A stretch of 64,000 bases of DNA from a virus, in the IMG/VR virus record IMGVR_UViG_3300012582_000005, positions 1-64,000 of that record; one strand, 5' to 3'. Positions 1-8,373 of this stretch are shown here, piece after piece. The position numbers and the translations under genes are program-made. Within the stretch, counting starts at the first letter, position 1. The number at the start of each line of letters is the position of its first letter. A model generated the notes under the pieces. That model did not search any database and was not told the DNA's origin. It saw only the letters and a program-made list of their open reading frames with translations.

Positions 1-1
1 A

Positions 2-1282
2 GTAAATGCAAATTCAAATGTTATTAATGGTGCTACAGCATATAGCTGGGGTAATCATTCAACTGCTGGTTATCAACTAGCATTAGGTTATACACCAGTA
101 AATAAAGCTGGTGATACTGGTATAGGAGCATTACAAATTAGTAACACTACCATCTCTACTTCTAGTTCTTCTGGTGCGCTAATTGTTGCTGGTGGTGTGG
201 GGATTGGGGGAAATCTGAATGTGACAGGGCAAATACTATTTGTTTCTGGATCTTTATCAAGTGGATCAAATATAAATTTAAACTCAACAACATTAAATTT
301 ACAATCTAATAATTCATCAGGAACAGGAATTGGTATATCAACTATAAATAATAGTTCATATGCTTATTTAAAAACTACTTCGTTAACACAATCTGAAACA
401 TTCGAATTTCCAAATAAAAGTGGGGCAGGTGGAACATTTGCTATGTTATCTGATTTAGCTACAAAAGCTAACAATAGAACTTGGACAACTGTAGCTTGGC
501 AAAATGCTGTTAATATTAATTTAGTAAGTGGATCAAATTTTAAAAATATTACAGGAGTAACAGGAAGTCAAATTATTACTTATGATGGTGGTAATGCTTT
601 AGTAAATGGTGCTAATACTGCTTTCCAGATAAATAAACCAAATACTGGATCCATAGCTATTACTTTACCTACAACAAGTGTTATATTTTTAGATATAGCT
701 CCAAGTGAATCATCATTATCTACAAATGTTGTTACACTTACTGGTTCAGCAGGATCTAAATATTTATTTGAAATAAGAGAAGCTAATGGTGATATGGTTA
801 CTTTAATATCTAAAATAGCTTCTGATTCGGTCATTAATTCACCAAAAGTTTTCTATTGTAGTAATACAATTATAGCCGTTGGAACAAGTACTTTAAATAG
901 CGATGTTACTTTATTTACAATTCCTTATATTGCTAATAGTTGGGGAACAAATACTACTATAAGATTTTTAGCTACTTGTATTGGGGGTGCTAGTACTAAT
1001 AGCAAAACATTTAAATTATATGATCAAGCTTTAGGTGCTACAAATGGATTAATATACTCTTTCAATAATGCTGCTGCTTCACAAGTATTAAGTAGAGAAT
1101 ATGTGATGCTTTGTCATACATCTAATAGTCAAACAATATCTAACGTAGGAAGTAGTTCAGCAGAAGTTACTAAAGCAATTGATTTAACTGTAAATAGAAC
1201 TTTAGTTGCATCATGTAACATAAATAATGTTAGTGAAGCCGCAAGTGCGTACAAAGGATTATTAATAATTCAATATAATTAA
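2..1282 (+). CDS. Tail-fibre-like structural protein, C-terminal part (5' end lies off the window)
   Basis: The frame is open from nt 2 with no stop, so the GTG at 197 in the ORF track is internal. The protein is G/S/T/N-rich and has fibre-type motifs YSWGNHSTAGY and GALIVAGGVGIGGNLNVTG. Confidence 0.5.
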   Translation, partial: VNANSNVINGATAYSWGNHSTAGYQLALGYTPVNKAGDTGIGALQISNTTISTSSSSGALIVAGGVGIGGNLNVTGQILFVSGSLSSGSNINLNSTTLNLQSNNSSGTGIGISTINNSSYAYLKTTSLTQSETFEFPNKSGAGGTFAMLSDLATKANNRTWTTVAWQNAVNINLVSGSNFKNITGVTGSQIITYDGGNALVNGANTAFQINKPNTGSIAITLPTTSVIFLDIAPSESSLSTNVVTLTGSAGSKYLFEIREANGDMVTLISKIASDSVINSPKVFYCSNTIIAVGTSTLNSDVTLFTIPYIANSWGTNTTIRFLATCIGGASTNSKTFKLYDQALGATNGLIYSFNNAAASQVLSREYVMLCHTSNSQTISNVGSSSAEVTKAIDLTVNRTLVASCNINNVSEAASAYKGLLIIQYN

Positions 1283-1284
1283 AA

Positions 1285-2448
1285 ATGAGAAATAGACATT
1301 CAAATAGAAGAAAAAGCTCTCCCTCTCGTTCAGAAGAAGCTACAATACCTCTAATTATTAATTTTAGTGCTACGCCAACTACATGTATACTATCTTTAGC
1401 TATATTAAAATATGATAAAGATTTTGCACATAGCTTTACATTAGATGATGCTTTAATTTCAGCATTAACATCTGGATTACCCGTGTTATCTGGTGGGACT
1501 GCTGGTGATGGTTTAACTTATCCTGCATTATACTATACAGATGGATGTGGAAATAATCTATTATTTAGAGCTGCTATAGCTTTTTATACTGTCAATTCAT
1601 CTGGCTCAGATCTTCATATAAATACACCTGCTAATTTAACTTACGCTCAAATAAACACATTAAAAAATTCAGGATGGAATATAATAAGTCATAGTTGGAG
1701 TCATGCTAACGGAAGTGGTAATACACCTGGTTATCCTGGTGTAGGACATCCTACTTATAATGTAGAGATTGATAATAATAGATTAGCTCTTATTAATAAT
1801 ATTGGTGAATATTGGCCACATTTTATTATTCCTGCGGGCGATTTGAATTATGATAGTGTGGCATCTACTTCAGGAATAAAATGTATTTATAATCAAGCTG
1901 GTACTCAATATTTAGGTGGTAATGGTGGTTTACAGATTGATGGAATTGGCTTTGAAAGTCCAATGAGAATATTTAGAGTTTCTCGACAAGAAACAGATAC
2001 TTATCCCACAATAAAAAGTAATATTGATACAATCGCATCAAAAGCTATTAATGGTGCTAAATTTATATTTAATGATTTTACGCATTCATTAACACCGAGT
2101 TTATTTGCTGGTGGTATGACCATAGCCGACTTTGCATCTTATATGGGATATGTTGCATCGACTTATGGTGCTTCAGGAACAGATAGAGTTTGGATGTCCC
2201 CTTTACAAGATGTGTGGGAATATATTAACCTCAGAGAAAATACAAGAATTGACATACCTTTAATATCAGGTAGTTCTGCAACATCAGCTTTATACCATAC
2301 TGTTTCTAATTCCGATAGTAAATCATTTGGATGGACTATTAAAATAACTTCTGATCAAAACATAGTTAGTGTAAACCCTATTACTGGATATAATATTACA
2401 TTTAGAGGTACAGGTAGCAATAAAATTATAAATATAGATAAGATATAA
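1285..2448 (+). CDS. Putative polysaccharide deacetylase-like (NodB/CE4-like) protein
   Basis: ATG lies 2 nt after the fibre stop. SFTLDDAL resembles the TFDD motif and ISHSWSH resembles the H-[ST]-x-x-H motif. The other NodB motifs are unclear. Confidence 0.35.
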   Translation: MRNRHSNRRKSSPSRSEEATIPLIINFSATPTTCILSLAILKYDKDFAHSFTLDDALISALTSGLPVLSGGTAGDGLTYPALYYTDGCGNNLLFRAAIAFYTVNSSGSDLHINTPANLTYAQINTLKNSGWNIISHSWSHANGSGNTPGYPGVGHPTYNVEIDNNRLALINNIGEYWPHFIIPAGDLNYDSVASTSGIKCIYNQAGTQYLGGNGGLQIDGIGFESPMRIFRVSRQETDTYPTIKSNIDTIASKAINGAKFIFNDFTHSLTPSLFAGGMTIADFASYMGYVASTYGASGTDRVWMSPLQDVWEYINLRENTRIDIPLISGSSATSALYHTVSNSDSKSFGWTIKITSDQNIVSVNPITGYNITFRGTGSNKIINIDKI

Positions 2449-2454
2449 CTTATA

Positions 2455-2640
2455 TTATTTATTGTATACATTTTTTATTTTAAAGTCAAATTTCTCTGCC
2501 AGCCAAATAATTCTTTTCATATTAAATCCTTCTGAAAAATCAATTTCAGTTTCCATAACTACAACACATTTATCATTAATTAATTTAATAAACATTGTAT
2601 ATTTTTCTTTTTCTATTATTTCTAAAGAAACATCTTCCAT
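2455..2640 (-). CDS. Hypothetical small protein
   Basis: 61-aa ORF whose ATG overlaps the upstream stop as TAATG, which suggests translational coupling. Confidence 0.4.
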   Translation of the reverse strand: MEDVSLEIIEKEKYTMFIKLINDKCVVVMETEIDFSEGFNMKRIIWLAEKFDFKIKNVYNK

Positions 2641-2972
2641 TACCCTACTTTAGAACCTATTGGTGTATGTTGACCTAAATTTATTACAAAAGGCATTCCA
2701 TCTGGAGTTTTACCATAAAATAACATACCATCAGATTTTATACCTTTAATAACAACACTAGGAAAATTTGTTATAAATATAGTATGTACGTTTACTAATT
2801 TTTCGGGGTGAAAATGTTTTCCTAAATTAGTAACTATAACTATGTCTCTATCACCACAATTAACATCTAATCTAATTAATTTATCTGAACCACCTACACG
2901 ATTAGCACGATATATTCTACCAACGGTAAATTCAGCATTTTCATAAAAGTCTTGTATATTTATATTCTTCAT
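2640..2972 (-). CDS. tRNA-binding domain protein (CsaA/Trbp111/EMAP-II-type OB fold)
   Basis: FTVGRIYRANRVGGSDKLIRLDVNCGDRDIVIVTNLG...ITNFPSVVIKGIKSDGMLF matches the tRNA_bind pattern (adkL..l.vd.G....ivsg......NL.p..i.G..S.GM). ATG at 2972 is preferred over the TTG at 2999. Confidence 0.65.
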   Translation of the reverse strand: MKNINIQDFYENAEFTVGRIYRANRVGGSDKLIRLDVNCGDRDIVIVTNLGKHFHPEKLVNVHTIFITNFPSVVIKGIKSDGMLFYGKTPDGMPFVINLGQHTPIGSKVG

Positions 2973-3045
2973 TTTAATTCGGTACGGAATCCAATACAAA
3001 AATAAACAATATATTGTAGAAATGCAAATTATTTTATTAATTAAA

Positions 3046-3267
3046 TCATATTAAATCGTTTATTATTGCTTTTCTGAAATAACTTCTAAGTAAATTAAAA
3101 AATTTAGAAGTATCTTCTCTAAAAATTACAATATTATTTATTGTAAATGTCCAACATTCAATAGAAATATTCGAATCTACAAAATAACCTTGGTAAATTA
3201 TCATATTATCTTTATACCATTGTCCCATTATTAATTCAAATCCTAATTTTTTAATAAAATTTTCCAT
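3046..3267 (-). CDS. Hypothetical protein
   Basis: 73-aa ORF with a TAATG overlap to the upstream gene. Confidence 0.4.
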   Translation of the reverse strand: MENFIKKLGFELIMGQWYKDNMIIYQGYFVDSNISIECWTFTINNIVIFREDTSKFFNLLRSYFRKAIINDLI

Positions 3268-4040
3268 TATTTTCTTATAATGCTTCTATCAATCACCCAA
3301 CCATCATGCATAAACTTAGGCTTCATATTATCTAAAAAATGTTGTCTCCATATTCTAACAAAAGCATCCAAATCATCTATTTTATCAACACATTCTTCTC
3401 CCCAACTTTTCCATTCTATATCTTCTTCATAATTCATATAAGCAATTTTTTTTAACTCTTCATTAGTTAAATATTGCTGTCCTAAATAATCAGATATTTC
3501 ATTGTGCATTTTTTCAAATACTTCACCAGGTAAGTTATCTAAATGGTTTAACAATATATTAGCATAACTCTTTATAAGAGATATTTTAACACCTGATCTT
3601 TTATTTACGTTTACACCTAAATCATCAGCAATTTTAAATTTTAATTCCTGTGCATATACTTCATATTCGTTATGACATTCTCTACACAATTTTACTACAT
3701 CATAACAATTATGATTTTTATAATCATCAGGCATATATTTTCTATAACAATATGGAACTATATGATGCTTCGTTAATTTATCTAATTCATTTGTTCCACA
3801 ACAGACACATTTATCTTCTTTAGGAGTAAAAAAATATGTGTCTTGTTCATTTGAATAACCCAAACCTTTTGGTGTAAATGTTAATTGAATTTCTTTAATG
3901 AGTTCATCATCTTCGTTTAAAATTGTAGCAAGTTTTCTATCTAAATACCATTTGACTCTACTCATATTACATAAAAACATAAGCTTTCCGTCTGGTGAAA
4001 AAACTTTACAATTGCCATATTTTTTATTTTCTGAATTCAT
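3267..4040 (-). CDS. HNH-type endonuclease-like protein
   Basis: CVCCG...LTKHHIVP...LCRECHNEY is a Cys4 plus HH/N/H arrangement. Confidence 0.5.
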   Translation of the reverse strand: MNSENKKYGNCKVFSPDGKLMFLCNMSRVKWYLDRKLATILNEDDELIKEIQLTFTPKGLGYSNEQDTYFFTPKEDKCVCCGTNELDKLTKHHIVPYCYRKYMPDDYKNHNCYDVVKLCRECHNEYEVYAQELKFKIADDLGVNVNKRSGVKISLIKSYANILLNHLDNLPGEVFEKMHNEISDYLGQQYLTNEELKKIAYMNYEEDIEWKSWGEECVDKIDDLDAFVRIWRQHFLDNMKPKFMHDGWVIDRSIIRK

Positions 4041-4061
4041 TCTTCTATATATGAAGAATTT

Positions 4062-4301
4062 TTATTTTGTTGAATTTTCTTCATTGAATAATTTTTCTAT
4101 TCTACTTTTTCTATTATTAACTAATTCTAAATGTGTGCTATGAATATTATTATCACCATCATAAAATTTAACATTCAATCTAACTATTTGGCCGCTTATA
4201 TTATGTGATTGTGTATCTATTACAGTAAAAATACCTTCTATATACCACGATGAATTTTTACGTATATCTAATATTTTTACAGTATCGCCTATTTTAAACA
4301 T
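4062..4301 (-). CDS. Hypothetical small protein
   Basis: 79-aa ORF in the minus-strand gene string. Confidence 0.4.
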   Translation of the reverse strand: MFKIGDTVKILDIRKNSSWYIEGIFTVIDTQSHNISGQIVRLNVKFYDGDNNIHSTHLELVNNRKSRIEKLFNEENSTK

Positions 4302-4303
4302 AA

Positions 4304-5146
4304 CTAATTAGAAATATTTTTATATGATACACCCCAAACCAATTCTACTTTATGTTTAGAAACTCTTCTAACATATTTATCATAAATTCCTTCTACAAAT
4401 GTTTTAGTAGAATAGAATTTCTCAGCATCTTCTATAGAATCAAACCACAATTTAACAGATACACTCTCGATTGTAATTTTTCTTATTAATTGTATATGTG
4501 GTGATTGTATTCTTCTCAATTCTTTTACGAAAACTTCTAAATATCTATCATCAACATTTTCATTATCAGGAAAATTAAAATATACAGATTCCAAACCCTC
4601 TATTTCTAAAGTTTCATCTCCATATACATTTTCGGGTATCAATTCATCAAATGTTGCAAAAATAGAATCTATTCTTGCTCTAAATTCATGAAAATTAAGT
4701 TCTTCTTTCACTAAATCTCTTTTTTCCAATTCTATTTCTTTTGGATAATGAGGATTATTGTTATTTAACTTTCTCCACTCACTGATTTTATTCTTAATAT
4801 CATCATCCTTTTTACTTAGTACTTTGCTATCTTCTTCAAATAAAGTTTTTGGATAAATTGATATTATATGATGTTTATATTCTTTTAGAATATCTTTTGA
4901 TAAATGATTAAGAAGAAATTTGACTCTAGCTGTTTGATTATTCCCACCTGTTCTATATTCAATAGTTTTTAATTCGAGTAGTATTAATCCTTCTGGATTA
5001 TTTAATAAAGATTCTGTATCTTTATTCAAAGAAACCATCTTAGATTCCATAAAAGATTTGAAATCTCCTTTCGTCTTAGTAATTGTATTAGTTGATTTCT
5101 TGAAATTACTCAACATAAAATCAAAATCATCTTCAATTTCAGCCAT
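4304..5146 (-). CDS. Hypothetical protein
   Basis: 280-aa ORF with no recognisable motif. Confidence 0.5.
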   Translation of the reverse strand: MAEIEDDFDFMLSNFKKSTNTITKTKGDFKSFMESKMVSLNKDTESLLNNPEGLILLELKTIEYRTGGNNQTARVKFLLNHLSKDILKEYKHHIISIYPKTLFEEDSKVLSKKDDDIKNKISEWRKLNNNNPHYPKEIELEKRDLVKEELNFHEFRARIDSIFATFDELIPENVYGDETLEIEGLESVYFNFPDNENVDDRYLEVFVKELRRIQSPHIQLIRKITIESVSVKLWFDSIEDAEKFYSTKTFVEGIYDKYVRRVSKHKVELVWGVSYKNISN

Positions 5147-5325
5147 ATTTATAAAATTTATACCATTATACCTTTTAAAAAGTTAAAAGTTTGAATTTTA
5201 ACAATGAATTAAAAATTAAAAAAGTTAAAAATACAAGATCATGATATATAATATATTAATAATATACTATATTAAAAGAATAATTATATATTGAATGATA
5301 TAGTAGTTATAAAAATCATTAAATG

Positions 5326-5562
5326 TTAACTTATATGATTATCTGGTATAGCAGTTTGTTTTAATCCTTTTCTTTTAGCTATATTTTCTTGATGTTTAGC
5401 TTCTATTTCAAGTTCTATGTCTAATTGTGATCCTTCATTTCCTAATGAAGTACCTTCTATGTCTATTAAGTTTTCAGTATCTACTTTGGGATTTTCTATT
5501 TCTGTTTCAGGAAGAACAGCTTCATTTTTCTTAAACTCGTTAAATTTCTTAATGTTTCTCAT
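5326..5562 (-). CDS. Hypothetical protein with CTS-like leader (MRNIKKFNEFKKNE|A)
   Basis: The internal ATG at 5562 abuts the upstream stop at 5564 and exposes the recurrent leader. Confidence 0.45.
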   Translation of the reverse strand: MRNIKKFNEFKKNEAVLPETEIENPKVDTENLIDIEGTSLGNEGSQLDIELEIEAKHQENIAKRKGLKQTAIPDNHIS

Positions 5563-5563
5563 A

Positions 5564-5890
5564 TTAAAAATAATCTTCAAATTTTACATCACCATTTTGA
5601 ACTACTATTTTTGAAATAGTTTCGCCCTCATATTTATCACCTTTTTTATATTTTTCTTTTAGTTTTTCTAATTCTTCTTTATTGTCCGCTTTAAAATGTT
5701 TTCCTATTTTATAAGTATTAGTCATTTTATTAGCTTTCATAGCTTTTTCCAAAGCTTCTTTTGTAATTATAGTTAATATATATCCATCACCTTCTTTTTT
5801 ATGTTTAGAATTTTCTTTTTCTCTATCTTCATCGGATAACTTCATAAGTTTCTTTTCTTGAAGAAATTCATTGAATTTTTTAATACTCAT
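5564..5890 (-). CDS. Hypothetical K/E-rich protein with CTS-like leader (MSIKKFNEFLQE|K)
   Basis: 108-aa ORF with the leader motif at its N-terminus. Confidence 0.5.
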   Translation of the reverse strand: MSIKKFNEFLQEKKLMKLSDEDREKENSKHKKEGDGYILTIITKEALEKAMKANKMTNTYKIGKHFKADNKEELEKLKEKYKKGDKYEGETISKIVVQNGDVKFEDYF

Positions 5891-5935
5891 TGATTTAGTT
5901 ATATTTTGATTATATATAAATATTCACTATGCTTA

Positions 5936-5951
5936 TTTTTAATATATAAAG
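5936..5951 (+). promoter_or_regulatory. Late-promoter-like T-run + ATATATA element
   Basis: TTTTTAATATATAAAG ends 2 nt before ATG 5953. It belongs to the recurrent motif family. Confidence 0.3.
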
Positions 5952-5952
5952 T

Positions 5953-6822
5953 ATGAAAAATATTAAATCATTTGAAGCTTTTGATAATGATATAGAGAAT
6001 AAAAGACTTTATTTAAATGTAGATAATGGAATTACTATTAAATCTGATGTGAATAAAACATCTAAACAAGGTTTTATTGAAAAAATGAAAGATAAATTTT
6101 ATAGTGTATCTAAAGTTAAAGAAATAGTATCTAAAGTTAAATGGGAAAATTTAATAGTTAAAGATGTGAATATGATATCTACAACAGATGGTGAAAATTC
6201 TATAATAAGAGTTTTTTTACCTGATGAAATTCAAAAACAAATTAGATTATCTAAAATAGATTTTGATTATGTTGAATTTAAAATTGATAATATAGGATTT
6301 GATAATAGAACACATACTATTGGTATAGATGATAAGTTAAAAGGTTTAGGATTAGGATATAAGTGTTATAAAGCTTTAGCGAAACATTTGGGATGGATAA
6401 CATCACATTCAAATGCTTCAAGTGATGCTAAAAATGTATGGTTAAAATTAATAAAAGATAAAGATTTTTACTCTATTTTATCTAAACTTTCTGTAATGAT
6501 TATTAATAAAAATTTATCTAAAGAAAATATTAGAACTGCTATTTTGAAATTTTTATCAATTAATTTTGTTAAAATTGAAGGTGAGTCTGATAAAGAAATA
6601 ATCAAAAAATTAGCAGGAAAGAAATTTCCTATTAAAATGGACGATGAATTAAAACAAATGTTCAAAGATGATGTTTTAATTAGAAGATTAGATATTGACT
6701 ATTTTGATAGAATAAGTAAATTTATAAAAGATGAGGATGCGGTAAATATAAAAGATGATGATATGCAAATTCATTATAGAAACAATACTAAAAGAGATAT
6801 GAATAAAAAAAGGGAGAATTAA
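5953..6822 (+). CDS. Hypothetical protein with CTS-like leader (MKNIKSFEAFDNDIE|N)
   Basis: 289-aa ORF. KLKGLGLGYKCYKAL weakly resembles GNAT motif A, but this is not enough for a call. Confidence 0.5.
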   Translation: MKNIKSFEAFDNDIENKRLYLNVDNGITIKSDVNKTSKQGFIEKMKDKFYSVSKVKEIVSKVKWENLIVKDVNMISTTDGENSIIRVFLPDEIQKQIRLSKIDFDYVEFKIDNIGFDNRTHTIGIDDKLKGLGLGYKCYKALAKHLGWITSHSNASSDAKNVWLKLIKDKDFYSILSKLSVMIINKNLSKENIRTAILKFLSINFVKIEGESDKEIIKKLAGKKFPIKMDDELKQMFKDDVLIRRLDIDYFDRISKFIKDEDAVNIKDDDMQIHYRNNTKRDMNKKREN

Positions 6823-6840
6823 TCTCCCTTTTTTCTTTTT
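6805..6840. terminator. Bidirectional intrinsic terminator
   Basis: A-run, GGGAGA (6812-6817), ATTAA loop, TCTCCC (6823-6828), then a T-run. It sits between convergent genes. Confidence 0.6.
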
Positions 6841-6977
6841 TTCTTACGAGTTTTAGTAGATATCATTTTATCAACAACTATCATGTTTAAAACTTGAAGT
6901 TGTTTCGTATAAAGTACTAGTTCAGATTTTAAATAATCTGATACTATTTCCTTGAATGTAACTATTTCTATTCCCAT
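6819..6977 (-). CDS. Possible 52-aa ORF downstream of clpP (MGIEIVTFKE...KKKRKKGD)
   Basis: Hand-translated ATG-to-TAA ORF below the ORF-track length cutoff. It has a basic tail and no other support. Confidence 0.25.
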   Translation of the reverse strand: MGIEIVTFKEIVSDYLKSELVLYTKQLQVLNMIVVDKMISTKTRKKKRKKGD

Positions 6978-6993
6978 AATATTATAATTTAGA

Positions 6994-7773
6994 TTATTTT
7001 CTTTTTTCCGCAGGTTTTTCTTCTTTAGTTATAACATTATCAATTAGTCCATAATCTTTTGCTTGTGGACTACGCATCCAGTAATCTCTTTCGCAATCTC
7101 TATAAACTTCTTCATAAGTTTTTCCTGAATGATTTGCAAGAATTTCATAAAGTTCTTTTTTAAGAATATCAATTTGTTGTGCAGTGATTTGAATATCAGT
7201 TGCTTGTCCTTGTGCGCCACCAAGAGGTTGATGAATCATAATTCTTGAATGTGGAAGAGCAAATCGTTTTCCTGCTGCACCACCCGCTAAGAGAACTGCA
7301 CCCATTGATGCTGCTAAACCTGTACAGATAGTAGATACGTCTGGTGAAATATAATTCATAGTATCATAAATACCCAAACCTGCATAAACTGAACCACCTG
7401 GACTATTTACATACATTTGTATATCTTTATCTGAATTTGCTGATTGTAAAAAGAGCATTTGTGCTACTAAAATGTTTGCTACGTGATCATCTACACCAGT
7501 ACCTAAAAAGATAATTCTATCAGCAATTAAACGAGAGAATACATCAATTTCTCTAAAATTAACATTACGTTCTTCTATAATTGAACGTGTCATATTACTA
7601 ATGTCGGGTACTATATGTCCGATATAAGGAACATTCATAGTAATATTTGGAATATTACTTAAACTTTGTATTGCGTTGGTTTTAATGTACTTATCAACGT
7701 GAATACCACCAATACCCATATGCTTTACGGCATAATTTCTAAAATCTTTTCCAATTTTTAAATGTTCTCTCAT
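6994..7773 (-). CDS. clpP: ATP-dependent Clp protease proteolytic subunit
   Basis: [22 protein letters not shown]...[18 protein letters not shown]...[11 protein letters not shown]...[18 protein letters not shown] is near-canonical ClpP with the Ser/His/Asp triad intact. Confidence 0.9.
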   Translation of the reverse strand: MREHLKIGKDFRNYAVKHMGIGGIHVDKYIKTNAIQSLSNIPNITMNVPYIGHIVPDISNMTRSIIEERNVNFREIDVFSRLIADRIIFLGTGVDDHVANILVAQMLFLQSANSDKDIQMYVNSPGGSVYAGLGIYDTMNYISPDVSTICTGLAASMGAVLLAGGAAGKRFALPHSRIMIHQPLGGAQGQATDIQITAQQIDILKKELYEILANHSGKTYEEVYRDCERDYWMRSPQAKDYGLIDNVITKEEKPAEKRK

Positions 7774-7812
7774 ATTCGTATTTGATAAGTGGTTAATTAT
7801 TTTGTATTATAT

Positions 7813-7843
7813 CAAATATAATTAAATTATTTATAATACCAAA
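7813..7843 (-). promoter_or_regulatory. Bacteroidota-type promoter for clpP
   Basis: The minus strand reads TTTG (7843-7840), N19, TATATTTG (7820-7813), about 40 nt upstream of the ATG. Confidence 0.45.
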
Positions 7844-7965
7844 ATATTTTAGAATTATTTTTTAAATAATTTTGTATAGTTTAAAAAAGTATGAGATTTT
7901 TATAAACTTTTAAGTATTTATTAGTAAAATAAATACAATTAATTAAAAAAATTAGATTTATATAA

Positions 7966-8202
7966 ATGATACATATTACAAATACATTAGGAATGAATTA
8001 TAGAGAAGCTTTAGTTTTAAAATATAAAGCGGAAATCGCAGAAGCGGAAGCAATATTAAATACTTATTTTAATTCATCTGTTGGTATCGGTGAACATTCA
8101 GATTTACTCATTGAATTTGATAAATGGATAGAAAAGTTAGCAAATGCTAAAGATAAATTAAATACTATTGAAAATATTAATGGTGTAGTATTAAAATCAT
8201 AA
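7966..8202 (+). CDS. Hypothetical small protein
   Basis: 78-aa ORF with TTTATATAA immediately before the ATG. Confidence 0.45.
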   Translation: MIHITNTLGMNYREALVLKYKAEIAEAEAILNTYFNSSVGIGEHSDLLIEFDKWIEKLANAKDKLNTIENINGVVLKS

Positions 8203-8206
8203 TAAT

Positions 8207-8222
8207 TTGTATTATTTGTATA
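8207..8222 (+). promoter_or_regulatory. Exact 16-mer TTGTATTATTTGTATA (copy 1)
   Basis: Identical 16-mer at 17284-17299. Both copies are intergenic and upstream of + strand genes. Confidence 0.3.
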
Positions 8223-8266
8223 TACTCCAAAGAAAAATAGCTTACTTATAGTAATTTAGTAAAATT

Positions 8267-8291
8267 AGCCCCTAAATAGGGGTTATTTTAT
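8267..8291 (+). terminator. Intrinsic terminator-like hairpin
   Basis: AGCCCCT, AAAT loop, AGGGGTT, followed by ATTTTAT. Confidence 0.5.
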
Positions 8292-8338
8292 GCTGACATT
8301 TTTTTACTAAATATATCCAATTTCTTTTAAAGCTAATA

Positions 8339-8355
8339 TTTTTTAATATATAATA
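8339..8355 (+). promoter_or_regulatory. Late-promoter-like element
   Basis: TTTTTTAATATATAATA lies 18 nt before the sheath start. Its core is near-identical to 16111-16126. Confidence 0.35.
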
Positions 8356-8373
8356 AAAACAATCTCTAAAAAG

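Noticed and set aside
580-834. An antisense ORF within the tail-fibre gene.
   Set aside because: It is nested antisense to a longer ORF with fibre-like composition and has no start context.
2462-2653. A plus-strand 63-aa ORF opposite 2455-2640.
   Set aside because: The minus-strand ORF is translationally coupled (TAATG) to the upstream gene and fits the operon. The plus ORF is hydrophobic, low-complexity and lacks context. The choice is not certain.
6994-7773. ClpP as the phage prohead maturation protease.
   Set aside because: The sequence is near-canonical cellular ClpP over its full length and has a host-type promoter. T4-like phages use a gp21-type protease. I treated it as an acquired host gene, though the alternative is not formally excluded.
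7867-7874. TAATTTTG as a host-type -7 element for gene 7966.
   Set aside because: No TTG lies at the expected -33 spacing, and the element is about 90 nt from the ATG. An isolated 8-mer match is expected by chance here.
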